Part shown: positions 18,303-27,686 of the stretch, piece after piece | Position numbering within the stretch: position 1 is the first letter of the stretch | Layout of the letters: every line of letters begins with the position of its first letter | NCBI GenBank assembly: GCA_963825135.1 | Contig: CAWGRW010000009.1 | Location: forward strand, 2,304,001 to 2,368,000 | DNA length: 64,000 bases | Direction of reading: 5' to 3' | Origin: an uncultured bacterium | GTDB taxonomy: Bacteria; Desulfobacterota_D; UBA1144; Nemesobacterales; UBA2774 | The notes under the pieces: generated by a model | What the model was told of the DNA's origin: nothing | Seen by the model: the letters and a program-made list of their open reading frames with translations, nothing else | Database searches by the model: none | Made by a program: the position numbers and the translations under genes

Positions 18303-21300
18303 TTACGGAAGCGCCAGTGTAACCCGGGCGTAGAACATCCTTCCCGGCTGAATGCGCGGATTGTCGACGTCCACCTCAAAATAATTGAACTTTTGGTCAA
18401 AGAGATTCGTTGCTCCTACGGTGATGAAACCGTACCGCTTCGGCAGACGGTAATAGATCGCTGCATCGACTATCCAGAAGTTATCTTCGCCGGACACAAA
18501 ACCGTCTCCGTCCGGCGACAGAAAATCCCCGTCCTGGTTGAGGTAAGTCACGGTGAAAGAAGAACCCAAGCCGGAAGGATGGAAGAAATTGACCCCCAGG
18601 GGGACACGATTCGTATTCAGCTCTTTTGGCTGGTCGGTCAAACCCTGAGTCTCAAATCGCTCGAATATATACTGCGCTCTGAGAGCAAACCACGGATGTG
18701 GAGCCCAGAAGAGGTAGGCAAGGCCCAGATACTCGTTTACGTCCTCGTTCCGGATCGGAGGATTTTCAGGATCGACTGTAAAATCCAAGAATGGAGTATT
18801 CAGATCCCTCTTGGAAAATTGTACCCCCCCGAAAAAGTCTTTTGGGAATTTCTGATCGATGGCCCCCCCAAATACCCAGGATTCCGTTCCGTTTACATCG
18901 TCGAAGAATTGGTTGAAACCGGCGACCTGCGTCGGCTCCAGGGTCTGGTCCGTAATCAACGTTCTCTTCAAAACCCTGAATACAGCGGCGCGTAATGTCG
19001 TAGCCTGAAATGGGTTCCAGGTAATACCGAATTTCGGGTTGAACTGGTTTTTATCCCCGACGTCGGGACTGTCGCCGCTCAAGAAGTCGGCGCTTGCCCC
19101 GAGAGTAAACGTCACATTCTCCAGGGGGTTGATGTAAGAGTATGCGTACACATTCAGGTGTTGGAGATCCGTACTCGTGGTGGACTGCGCAACGATGGGT
19201 CCGTCGGGAGGTGGAATATCAATCGTGATGGTAGTGTCGATCCTTCCGTTTATGTCGAAATATCCCGCGCCGGTAACAAGGTTTACGTATTGCGAGCGGT
19301 AAAGGTGCTGGGCCTCGGCGCTATAAGCGTCTTCCGGCCTTACTGCGTCAAAGGAGCCAAGCTTATCCGTTAAATTAAAATCTGCCTTCTGATATGTAAA
19401 GTTGGCTATCAGGACCGAATTCGGTGAAAATGCGTGCCGTCCCCCAATCCGGAAGTAGTTTCTCTCTTCCTTGTTTCTCAACCCGGGGAGGAAGTCATCG
19501 GGAAAGAATCTGAGTGCGAGGTCCCCCAGCTCTGTATTTCGATACCTGTACTCTGCTTGAATGCTTGTTTTGTAAGAGAGTTCCAGCTGGACATAAGCGG
19601 TTGCGATTTGATCGGTCTGGTCGTCGTTTGCTCTGAACCCGTCCGTGTCAAATCGAGAATAACCCGCGCTGAAGCTGGCCTTATTATATATGCCTGAGAC
19701 GATGCCTTCTCCGGCCCAAGTATCATTTTCACCGACAAGGCCGCTCGTGAGCAGCGTTACCTGGTTACGGTTAAACAGCGGGTTGAACTCATCGAATGAC
19801 GCAGCCCCCGGGCCTTCGGAGGAGATTAAGAAGAGATTGCTCTCTGCGAGCCGGGGCTGAATAGGGGTGATGTTGATCGGCTGAAGCAGTTGGGACTGTA
19901 GCAGCTCGCTGACCCTGGCTATCTCGTGACGGGGTAAAACGGCATATGAATCTGCCAGGAACCGGTGGGCGGAAAAGCTCGCAGGATCGATGTTAACCGA
20001 TTTCCATCCTTCCACGAGGGCAAGCTGCTGGAAGCTCAGATCGGAGTATATTCGGGCAAGGCCGGCACTTCGCGCGGCCAGGTCCGAATCGAGCAGCAGA
20101 CGCGACCTATAGACCGCCCTGTTGTCGTTTAATTCGATGGATTTTTGCAGGTTATGCAGGGCCTCGACCGGCCTGTTTGTAGTCTGTTTCGCTATCGCAT
20201 CGTAGAACCACGGTGTTGGGTCCAGGGGATCCAGTTTCTTGGCGGTTTCGTACTCACGCACGTCCAGCTTGGTGCGTTTTTCTTCAAAGTAGGTTTTACC
20301 AAGATAGCTTCTGACAAGGGAGTTGTTGGGGTCAAGGCTTGCGGCAATCTCGATTTCCCTGCCTCCGCCATGCAGATCGCCATCCCGTATCATTGCCAGA
20401 CCAAGACCCAGCCTCGGGAGATAATCAGCCTGATCGAGGGCAATCGCTTTTTCAAATGAGTCCTTTGCCTGTTTTGTATCGACCTGCGTCAGATAGGCAA
20501 AGCCTAAAACTGTTTGCGTTCTCGAGAGATTCGGCTCCAGGGCTACTGCCTTCTGTGCCGCTTTGAGTGCTTTATCCAGATCGCCGAATGACGACCAGAT
20601 CTCCGCCAGCCGTGCCCACGCCAGCGCGTTTTTAGGATCCAGTTGCACCGCTTTTTCGAGGCTTGCTCGAGCGCCTTTCAGGTCAAAACTTGCCTGCTGT
20701 GCATATGAAAGGGCTATCTCTGCCGTGGCGGAGTCGGGATTCGTCTCGACGGCCTTCTCCGCAACCTCAAGCGCTTTATCTTTCTCGTTCTGCACAATGT
20801 AGATAATTGCTTCAAGCGCTAAGGCGTCGCCATACGTCGGGTTCAGACTCAGGGCCCGCTTGATATCTGCACCCGCCTCATCAACCCGTCCTACGGCCAG
20901 AAGCAGTGAGGCTCGATAAGCAAAAAAGCGCGGGTCACGGATATCCTCGGGAACATTCTTAATGCTGTTGAAGGCTCCCTGAATATCCCCGCTTATGTAA
21001 AGCTCGATGGATTTACGGACCATTCCTTCCCAGTCCGCACCGGCATGAAATTCATCAGGGCGGAGATAAAGGACGGGCGGATAGTACAATGTCCATTGGA
21101 CGGCATCCCTCGGACGCGCCACGATACTTAGCACCGGCGCTTTCCCGGCCTCGGCAACGGCCGATTGGCCGCCGGTAAGAGTCAGGCTTCCTGCATCGTT
21201 AGAGGCCACAACCGTCCCTTCAAAAGTAGACAGTAGAGTCTTGTCTTCTTCAACGTTTACCAGAAATTCTGTTCCCCTGACACCGGCAGTGGTAAAGGGC

Positions 21301-21692
21301 GTATGCACCTCCAGGCTGCTGGGGCCGCTGCTGAAGAAATGTGCGGCTCCCTTGATCATGTCTACCACGCTGGTCCGTTCTTCCTTTACGCCTTCGAGGG
21401 TTATCGTAGTATTTTCATTAAGGCGGATTACGGATTTCTCAAGCAAGGTTACGTCGGCACGGCTTTTATCCTGCACCCGAATCTTATCTCCGGGGCAGTA
21501 TGTGTCATTCAATTTAACCGGCTGCCAATTCGTTTCACCCACCTTTTGCGCCTCTACGGTTCCTTGGACCGAGACCACTTTTGCAACCGACTTCTCACAC
21601 GTCTCTGCGAACGCGGCATGGGAGTATAGAAAAGCCGACAAGAAGCTTGCACCCATGATAAAGCGCAAATAATAGAGATGCCTTCTCTTCAT
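18303..21692 (-). CDS. FecR-domain / TPR / TonB-dependent-receptor-like beta-barrel fusion protein
   Basis: Signal peptide; TPFTTAGVRGTEF (FecR); many TPR repeats; C-terminal barrel ending NLFDQ...PGRMFYARVTLALP. Confidence 0.85.
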   Translation of the reverse strand: MKRRHLYYLRFIMGASFLSAFLYSHAAFAETCEKSVAKVVSVQGTVEAQKVGETNWQPVKLNDTYCPGDKIRVQDKSRADVTLLEKSVIRLNENTTITLEGVKEERTSVVDMIKGAAHFFSSGPSSLEVHTPFTTAGVRGTEFLVNVEEDKTLLSTFEGTVVASNDAGSLTLTGGQSAVAEAGKAPVLSIVARPRDAVQWTLYYPPVLYLRPDEFHAGADWEGMVRKSIELYISGDIQGAFNSIKNVPEDIRDPRFFAYRASLLLAVGRVDEAGADIKRALSLNPTYGDALALEAIIYIVQNEKDKALEVAEKAVETNPDSATAEIALSYAQQASFDLKGARASLEKAVQLDPKNALAWARLAEIWSSFGDLDKALKAAQKAVALEPNLSRTQTVLGFAYLTQVDTKQAKDSFEKAIALDQADYLPRLGLGLAMIRDGDLHGGGREIEIAASLDPNNSLVRSYLGKTYFEEKRTKLDVREYETAKKLDPLDPTPWFYDAIAKQTTNRPVEALHNLQKSIELNDNRAVYRSRLLLDSDLAARSAGLARIYSDLSFQQLALVEGWKSVNIDPASFSAHRFLADSYAVLPRHEIARVSELLQSQLLQPINITPIQPRLAESNLFLISSEGPGAASFDEFNPLFNRNQVTLLTSGLVGENDTWAGEGIVSGIYNKASFSAGYSRFDTDGFRANDDQTDQIATAYVQLELSYKTSIQAEYRYRNTELGDLALRFFPDDFLPGLRNKEERNYFRIGGRHAFSPNSVLIANFTYQKADFNLTDKLGSFDAVRPEDAYSAEAQHLYRSQYVNLVTGAGYFDINGRIDTTITIDIPPPDGPIVAQSTTSTDLQHLNVYAYSYINPLENVTFTLGASADFLSGDSPDVGDKNQFNPKFGITWNPFQATTLRAAVFRVLKRTLITDQTLEPTQVAGFNQFFDDVNGTESWVFGGAIDQKFPKDFFGGVQFSKRDLNTPFLDFTVDPENPPIRNEDVNEYLGLAYLFWAPHPWFALRAQYIFERFETQGLTDQPKELNTNRVPLGVNFFHPSGLGSSFTVTYLNQDGDFLSPDGDGFVSGEDNFWIVDAAIYYRLPKRYGFITVGATNLFDQKFNYFEVDVDNPRIQPGRMFYARVTLALP

Positions 21693-21769
21693 TCTCCACC
21701 CCCTTTACTCTTCTACAGCAAACTACCTGTTCGGATACAAGAAAGGATGTTCCGGCACAAACTCACTAC

Positions 21770-23659
21770 TCACCATGAGAGCGTAGTGACTTCCCGCTCA
21801 ACTATCATAAGCATTCGGGAGAAATTGCGCAACAGATTTTGGAGAAGCGTCATCTTCACCGTGGGATTCGTTTCACCCAGCTCATCGAATGCAGTCGTAG
21901 AGAGTAGGTAGCACTCTACGTGTTTATCGGCACGGACGTCTGCTGACCGTACCGTGCGGTTCACTACCGCAATCTCACCGAATGCCATACCGGGAGAAAG
22001 GGTCGATAACCGTTTGATCTGACCGTTAGGCAGATCGACTATAACACTAACTTCACCGCTCATGAGCAAGTAAATTTCATCCGCCGGCTCTCCCTTTCGT
22101 ACTATGAGCTCTCCGGGGTCGTAACGTTTGCTCGTGAGCAAAGGTTCCAGGAACGCGACGGCTTCAGGCGCGAGCCCCCGGCAAAGGTCATGCTCGGCCA
22201 GTGTCACCGACTCAAGAGAGCTGTCCTCGGGTTGCTGACTGGCTATCAAACGGTTCTCGCACCACTCGATGGCAATATCCATATCAGGGAAAATGTGCAG
22301 CCAAGCCTCCTGCTGATCATCGGTGTTAAGCTGCTCTTCTAAAAATCTGACAAAATTCGGGTGCTTCTGTAAGTTCACCAATAAAAGGTGTTTTCCACAA
22401 CTCTCGAAAGTCTTAATTAGTTCGAGCAGGGTCTGCGCGGACGAATCCTCAATATGTGTTACTCGCTTGAAGTCGATAACAGCTATGTCTGTCGTATCGC
22501 TAACATCGACTATCCTGCGGACCGTCACTTCCACAGCGGAAAAAACAAGATCACCCTGTAACTCATATACTTTCGCCCGCATGCCCGATTTATCGAGAAT
22601 TTCCGCATCACGCTCACCACGTAGTCGCTTGGACCTGATCTTGGAGACATCGTACTGTGCCCGAATCGCAGCACGCGAGGAACGCGGAACGCGAAGGCAG
22701 TGCAGGTTAAAATCCTTCGAAAGGTTCTTGCAAACCTCAATCCCTCGGACGCTGTTCCCGCGTGCATCGAGAGGAGGCGAGAAAACGCCGATCCCGGCTT
22801 GCCCCGGCATAACCGCCATTATTCCTCCTGACACGCCGCTCTTTGCGGGTATGCCGATCCAGTACATCCACTCACCCGCGTAGTCATACATACCGCAAGT
22901 GGTCATGATGCTCATTATGTTCTCAACGAGTTCGTCGCGAATTGCGCGCTCCTTCGTAAGCGGGTTGATTCCGCCGTTCGCCAAAGAGGCCGCCATCAAG
23001 CTCAGGTCTCGACAATCAATGGAGATTGAGCACTGCCGAAAATAGAGATCGAGCGCTATATCAGGATCTTCGCTCAGTATGTTGAAGTTACGTAGCATAT
23101 GACCGATGGCACGGTTACGATGGCCTGTTTCTCTCTCGGACCTGTACACAGTGGCATCTATGGAAAGCTTGCGGCCGGCGTAGACGGAGAAAACTCCCAA
23201 GAGACGATCCAACTTGTCCTTGCCGGAATTTCCGGCCACTAGAGACGTTGTAGCGATAGCACCGGCGTTGATCATGGGGTTGAACGGACAGCCGGTTTCC
23301 GGCGCGAGGCTGATCGAGTTGAAGGCATCGCCGGTCGGCTCAACCCCAATCTTGTCGAGCACCGCCTCTATGCCTCGATCTTCAAGAGCAATGCCATACA
23401 CGAACGGCTTTGAAATCGACTGAATCGTGAAGGGCTGACGAGTATCGCCGGTTTCGTAGACCCGGCCGTCGGTGGTAGCGATGCTGATACCAAACCAGTT
23501 AGGGTCCGCCTTAGAAAGCTCCGGGATATAGGTAGCGATCTTTCCGTCTTGCAGCTTCGTGCATTTTGCGTGCAGGCGCTCTAGGTACGCCTGAATGGGA
23601 GATTTGACTTGATGGCTCTCTCCTGTGTTCCTGCTTTGCACCGCGCGTCCTAACAGCAT
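21770..23659 (-). CDS. glsA: Glutaminase A with STAS and cNMP-binding domains
   Basis: TIQSISKPF, NPMINAGAI, PAKSGVSGG; IDFKRVTHIEDS (STAS); FGEIA...RSADV (cNMP); RBS favours ATG at 23659. Confidence 0.92.
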   Translation of the reverse strand: MLLGRAVQSRNTGESHQVKSPIQAYLERLHAKCTKLQDGKIATYIPELSKADPNWFGISIATTDGRVYETGDTRQPFTIQSISKPFVYGIALEDRGIEAVLDKIGVEPTGDAFNSISLAPETGCPFNPMINAGAIATTSLVAGNSGKDKLDRLLGVFSVYAGRKLSIDATVYRSERETGHRNRAIGHMLRNFNILSEDPDIALDLYFRQCSISIDCRDLSLMAASLANGGINPLTKERAIRDELVENIMSIMTTCGMYDYAGEWMYWIGIPAKSGVSGGIMAVMPGQAGIGVFSPPLDARGNSVRGIEVCKNLSKDFNLHCLRVPRSSRAAIRAQYDVSKIRSKRLRGERDAEILDKSGMRAKVYELQGDLVFSAVEVTVRRIVDVSDTTDIAVIDFKRVTHIEDSSAQTLLELIKTFESCGKHLLLVNLQKHPNFVRFLEEQLNTDDQQEAWLHIFPDMDIAIEWCENRLIASQQPEDSSLESVTLAEHDLCRGLAPEAVAFLEPLLTSKRYDPGELIVRKGEPADEIYLLMSGEVSVIVDLPNGQIKRLSTLSPGMAFGEIAVVNRTVRSADVRADKHVECYLLSTTAFDELGETNPTVKMTLLQNLLRNFSRMLMIVEREVTTLSW

Positions 23660-23875
23660 ATATCCCCCTGTATTGGTACTCAACGGTGGCAATATGGATG
23701 CCAGTGGAAAGAATTCGTAATCTACCATTATAAGGAGGGACGAGTAATATAAAGAAATTGCGCGTAAGGTCTGCTAAGAACGAATAAATATTTAACAGAT
23801 GAGATGGCAGGAAAATAATCCTATCAGTTATGTATCTGATCATTTGTGCTTAGGTTAAATTACTCTGTGCGAAAA

Positions 23876-23915
23876 ATGCGCAGGAATTAAGCATCGTTGC
23901 TTAATTCCTGCGCAT
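23876..23915. repeat. Perfect 18-bp inverted repeat with 4-nt loop
   Basis: ATGCGCAGGAATTAAGCA-TCGT-TGCTTAATTCCTGCGCAT. Confidence 0.9.
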
Positions 23916-24268
23916 ATCGAATTGCTATGATTTAGAAATTCTCTAAATCTAGAATACGTAATATTTAATCATTTAGTGGGATTCCGGAGTATGTGGGTGA
24001 TATATATTTGGATAGGGTAGGGGGTAATATGAAGCATGCGTAGAAATTCATGAAGGTAATATCCTGACTGTTAAGCGGAATCAAAGGCTGATAACAAAGC
24101 GTGTATCAGAGAGACAAGAGCCCTTGATTTCGAACACTACTCATATATGATAACACCGGTCCTGGTGGAGAGAAAGGTATCGAGGCGAACGGAATCTCGG
24201 ATGGAGCGAAGTATTAGCTTCAATGGCCATGAACTATATTTAGTTCATAACCCATTACAGTGTGTAAG

Positions 24269-25018
24269 ATGAAACTGCATATATTAGGCTCTGGAACTTG
24301 CGTTCCCAATATTAGAAGAGGATCGTCAGGCTACGCGCTTGAGCTTTCCGAATCGACAATTTTACTTGACTGCGGTAGCGGTACTACATGGAAATTAGGT
24401 ATGGTCGGCGTTGATTATCTTACAGTGGACCATATCTTTATAACCCACTTTCATCCCGATCATACTGCAGATTTAATCCCGTTCTTATTTGCAACAAAAT
24501 ATCCTCACCCCACTAAAAACCGGGAAAAACCCCTTGTTATATGGGGCCCAAAAGGTTTTACAGAGTTCTACTCATCTTTAAAGTTAGCCTTCCACGATTG
24601 GATTGCTCCGGATAACTTGACTATCAAAGAAATAACTGAGGAACCGTTGAGGCTGGACGATTTTGTTTTGGTCGCCCGAAATACATTTCATACGGAAAAC
24701 AGCGTTGCCTACAGGATAGAATCTGGCGGAAAATCAATAGTATACTCCGGGGACACGGGATACACCGATTCATTGATTGAGCTTGCAACAGGTGTGGATT
24801 TGTTAATCGTCGAATGCTCATTTCCCGATGAACTTAAATTTTACGCCCATCTTACCCCAAGCGAAGTCGGAATGATTGCAAGTGCGTCAAAGGCTAAAAA
24901 AATTATTCTGACACACCTTTATACTGATTGTGATGAGATAGACATTATCGGGCAAGTTAGAGAGTATGTAGACGTGGATGTAATTCTCGCCGAGGATTTG
25001 ATGGAAATCGATATATAA
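24269..25018 (+). CDS. MBL-fold metallo-hydrolase (RNase Z/AtsA-like)
   Basis: LGSG, LDCGSG, THFHPDH, YSGDTG, LTHLY motifs. Confidence 0.9.
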   Translation: MKLHILGSGTCVPNIRRGSSGYALELSESTILLDCGSGTTWKLGMVGVDYLTVDHIFITHFHPDHTADLIPFLFATKYPHPTKNREKPLVIWGPKGFTEFYSSLKLAFHDWIAPDNLTIKEITEEPLRLDDFVLVARNTFHTENSVAYRIESGGKSIVYSGDTGYTDSLIELATGVDLLIVECSFPDELKFYAHLTPSEVGMIASASKAKKIILTHLYTDCDEIDIIGQVREYVDVDVILAEDLMEIDI

Positions 25019-25336
25019 GTCTCCCTGTTTATAAAAACCTGCCGTGTAAACGATAAGGCGCGTGATGCCGTCGATCTGCTGGGAATAACTTATTTTGGGT
25101 CTAAAGCGAAGTTGGAGTGTGCTCGGACGTCGTATGAGGAAGTGTCCAAAGAACTTCAGCTCTCGTTCCCTCTTCAACCGGCGCCGGGAGCCGAGTTCCA
25201 GAAGGCCCTGGACCAAGCACAGCCGGAACTAAAAGAACGCGTCTACTCAGCCTCACGGTTCGACATTAGAATGCATACCCTAGACGGCATGCTCGATGCC
25301 GTGGTGAGATGGTGAAATAACGCACTGCCGAATTGC

Positions 25337-25594
25337 TCAGAGCATCATGCTCAACTTAAGCTCACGTACAGGAGGCAGCCAAATCACGTCACAGTACAAC
25401 AATTTCCCTTTGTTGTCATAATGGCAATCTAGGCAAAGCCTTCCGTCATCACTGCATTTCATTTCTTGCGGAATTATAACCTGACCATCCGTACGGTCGA
25501 CCTTGCCCGTCTGAAGCAAGTAGCGCTCACCCATCTTGTCGAGCGAGAATTCTGCGGTAAATCCTGGAATAGCCATTTTATACAATTCGCTCAC
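25337..25594 (-). CDS. Putative precursor peptide 3 (IPGFTAE leader, 4-Cys core)
   Basis: MAIPGFTAEFSL...VIIPQ leader shared with neighbours; start could be 25594, 25585 (TTG) or 25576 (ATG). Confidence 0.7.
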   Translation of the reverse strand: MSELYKMAIPGFTAEFSLDKMGERYLLQTGKVDRTDGQVIIPQEMKCSDDGRLCLDCHYDNKGKLLYCDVIWLPPVRELKLSMML

Positions 25595-25720
25595 CTCCTT
25601 TCGGATTCTTGCACATACCTAAAATTTTCACACACCTCACGGTGCATATTTGCAGCACATCCCGGTTTCCCCCCTGTTCATCGCATCTCAGGCGGGGCTT
25701 GAGTGAAAGAACGGTTCTTC

Positions 25721-26017
25721 TCACCAAGGCCAAATGCATCGCGTGCATGGTGTTTCGCAGCAATCCCAGTGACAAATGGGGTTACATCTCATGTGATATT
25801 CGCAATTGCAACACCAGCTGTCCCAGCAGCCCCAAGCGTTTAAGCCGCCTACCCCTCCTAACCCCCCCAAGCCGCCACCAACCCGTATTTGTGAAATGAC
25901 TCTTTGCTCTCCGCTACTACAACCTTGAGTCGCTACAGACTGGTAGCGCCTGCTCGTCTTGTAGAGTGAAGTATCTGCGGTAAATCCCGGAATAGTCATT
26001 TTATACAATTCGCTCAC
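25721..26017 (-). CDS. Putative precursor peptide 2 (10 Cys, 6 Trp core)
   Basis: MTIPGFTADTSLYKTSRRY...RVISQ, Gly-rich linker, WGCWDSWCCNC...PCTRCIWPW; ATG at 25999 is an alternative start. Confidence 0.8.
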   Translation of the reverse strand: MSELYKMTIPGFTADTSLYKTSRRYQSVATQGCSSGEQRVISQIRVGGGLGGLGGVGGLNAWGCWDSWCCNCEYHMRCNPICHWDCCETPCTRCIWPW

Positions 26018-26143
26018 CTCCTTTCGGATTCTTGCACATACCTAAAATTTTCACACACCACACGGTGCATATTTGCAGCACATCCCGTTTTCCCCACCGT
26101 TCATCGCATCTTAGGCGGGGCTTGAGTGAAAGAACGGTTCCTC

Positions 26144-26443
26144 TCACCAAGGCCAAATGCACCGCGTGCATGGTTCGCACACCTGCTGCTGACACTCGCA
26201 TACATAACGGCCGTCTCCGGTAGGCCAGCAGGGGCCCCAAGCAACACATCTGCAGCATTCAGACTCCCAGCAGCCCCAAGCGTTTAAGCCGCCTGCCCCT
26301 CCTACCCCCCCCAAACCGCCACCAACCCGTATTTGTGAAATAACTCTTTGCTCTCCGCTACTACGACCTTGAGTCGCTACAGACCGGTAGCGCCTGCTCG
26401 TCTCGTGGAGTGAAGTATCTGCGGTAAATCCTGGAATAGTCAT
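26144..26443 (-). CDS. Putative precursor peptide 1 (10 Cys, 6 Trp core)
   Basis: GGAGGT RBS; MTIPGFTADTSLHETSRRY...RVISQ, Gly-rich linker, WGCWESECCRC...PCTRCIWPW. Confidence 0.82.
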   Translation of the reverse strand: MTIPGFTADTSLHETSRRYRSVATQGRSSGEQRVISQIRVGGGLGGVGGAGGLNAWGCWESECCRCVAWGPCWPTGDGRYVCECQQQVCEPCTRCIWPW

Positions 26444-26476
26444 TTCATTTACCTCCCTATAGAGTGATTTTCGATC

Positions 26477-27412
26477 TTATCGGTCATAGTACGGTGATAA
26501 CTTGCTGACCAGGAATGGAAATTCCTCGGTCACATCCACGCGAATAAAGAACTTTTCGGTGACATCGGTATTGCGGTTCGTGAAAGAGAATATTACCTCA
26601 ACGATTTTGCGCGTGCTGCTGAGAGGCGAAGGACGCACCTCAACCGCTGTCAAAGATTGGTTTTGAGCGAAGGCTTCTGCCGCCCTGGCGTAGATTCCAC
26701 TGCATCGCACCGCTGAATAGTTTAGGGCGCGATGTTCATCTGTCGCTCCCCCATTATCAGCCATCTGCATTATCCTCAGGAACAGTTCCTCTGCAGCGGG
26801 TGTGAAATCTTTTGTGGCAATTTCCTTTGGTTTTGGAATAGACTTTATCAAAGAGTCGATGTCGAATGAATACATCTGGTCGAACACTACAATGGGAACC
26901 ATAAGCCCATTGCACATCTCAGGCGGGGCAATTGGTCCCCTTAAGCCAATCACCACATCAATATCTGTGAGACGCGAAGAGTGTAGGGAGTCCACCAGCT
27001 GATCATAGCTCGTTTGGTCGCGAGGAAGTAGTACGTAGGTTTCCAAACCCTCAATGGTAAACACCCAACATAACTGCCGCACAAGGTAGCGGTTCTTTGG
27101 CTCAGACAGAATCTTGTGAAGGGCCTGCCGGTCTGTGAGCCCGGCTGTATCTCCTCGTCCGGTGGCTTGGGCAAATTCCTTTTCCACCGACAGCCGTGGA
27201 CAAACCGCGTTGACTCTGCCAAGTGCATATATGTAGGAAGGGGGCGTAGAAGCAGTTCCGTCTCCACAAGTGGGGCAGCTTCCCTGGTCGGTCTGCGGAG
27301 AGATAGTCGTTTTTGCATGACCATTGCCAGGAGATTTAGAAATTGCCAATGTGTCCTTCATATTTACAGCTTGGTCTCCCAACTGTTCTTTCACTTCATC
27401 ATTCTGTTCCAT
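26477..27412 (-). CDS. Stand-alone PatG/PatA C-terminal DUF protein (PatG_D + PatG_C-like)
   Basis: YIYALGRV, LCWVFTIEG..TYVL, DNGGATDEHRALNY, VEVRPSPLS, FFIRVDVTEEFPFLV parallel the cyanobactin protease C-terminal domain; AGGAG RBS before ATG at 27412. Confidence 0.8.
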   Translation of the reverse strand: MEQNDEVKEQLGDQAVNMKDTLAISKSPGNGHAKTTISPQTDQGSCPTCGDGTASTPPSYIYALGRVNAVCPRLSVEKEFAQATGRGDTAGLTDRQALHKILSEPKNRYLVRQLCWVFTIEGLETYVLLPRDQTSYDQLVDSLHSSRLTDIDVVIGLRGPIAPPEMCNGLMVPIVVFDQMYSFDIDSLIKSIPKPKEIATKDFTPAAEELFLRIMQMADNGGATDEHRALNYSAVRCSGIYARAAEAFAQNQSLTAVEVRPSPLSSTRKIVEVIFSFTNRNTDVTEKFFIRVDVTEEFPFLVSKLSPYYDR

Positions 27413-27494
27413 AATATTTCTCCTCTTTTTGAGATATATTTGAAAGACTCTGTGTATCCATTTACTCGGGGCACATCGCAATTCCTCTCTACAT

Positions 27495-27686
27495 TTAACG
27501 CCGCCCGGAGAGAACTATCCATCGGTTCAGCGCCGCGGCACGACGTTCGCAGCTGCCGCATTGCCTGATTCCGACCGCGGTTGTTGCTCGCTTGATCACG
27601 TCCCCAAGCCCGATGTCCTCATCGGCGGTGAATCCCGGAAGTCGCACTCTGTAAGGCCGGCCTTTCCTTGTCTCATCTTTTTTCAT
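27495..27686 (-). CDS. 63-aa hypothetical protein with LPGFTAD and CxxC motifs
   Basis: Overlaps the protease stop; AGGAGA RBS; RVRLPGFTADEDIGLGD...CGSCERRAAALN. Confidence 0.7.
   Translation of the reverse strand: MKKDETRKGRPYRVRLPGFTADEDIGLGDVIKRATTAVGIRQCGSCERRAAALNRWIVLSGRR

Larger units (their letters stand above)
25551..26445. repeat. Tandem ~423-444 bp cassette repeat (about 2.1 units) encoding the precursor peptides
   Basis: 25595-25751 vs 26018-26174 and 25821-26001 vs 26265-26445 are near-identical; only 25752-25820 vs 26175-26264 are largely unrelated. Confidence 0.92.

Noticed and set aside
25112..25315. 67-aa plus-strand ORF between the MBL hydrolase and precursor 3
   Set aside because: TTG start without a clear RBS and no recognisable motif; may be a gene remnant but I cannot support a call.
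25578..26258. Alternative-frame ORFs 25578..25775 and 26001..26258 (-), 25609..25899 and 26032..26223 (+)
   Set aside because: They resemble each other only because the DNA is duplicated; they overlap the better-supported precursor genes and lack a clear RBS.
25551..26445. CRISPR array or DGR template/variable repeat pair
   Set aside because: Units are over 400 bp and protein-coding; differences are not adenine-specific and include a 21-nt length change; no cas or reverse transcriptase gene in the window.
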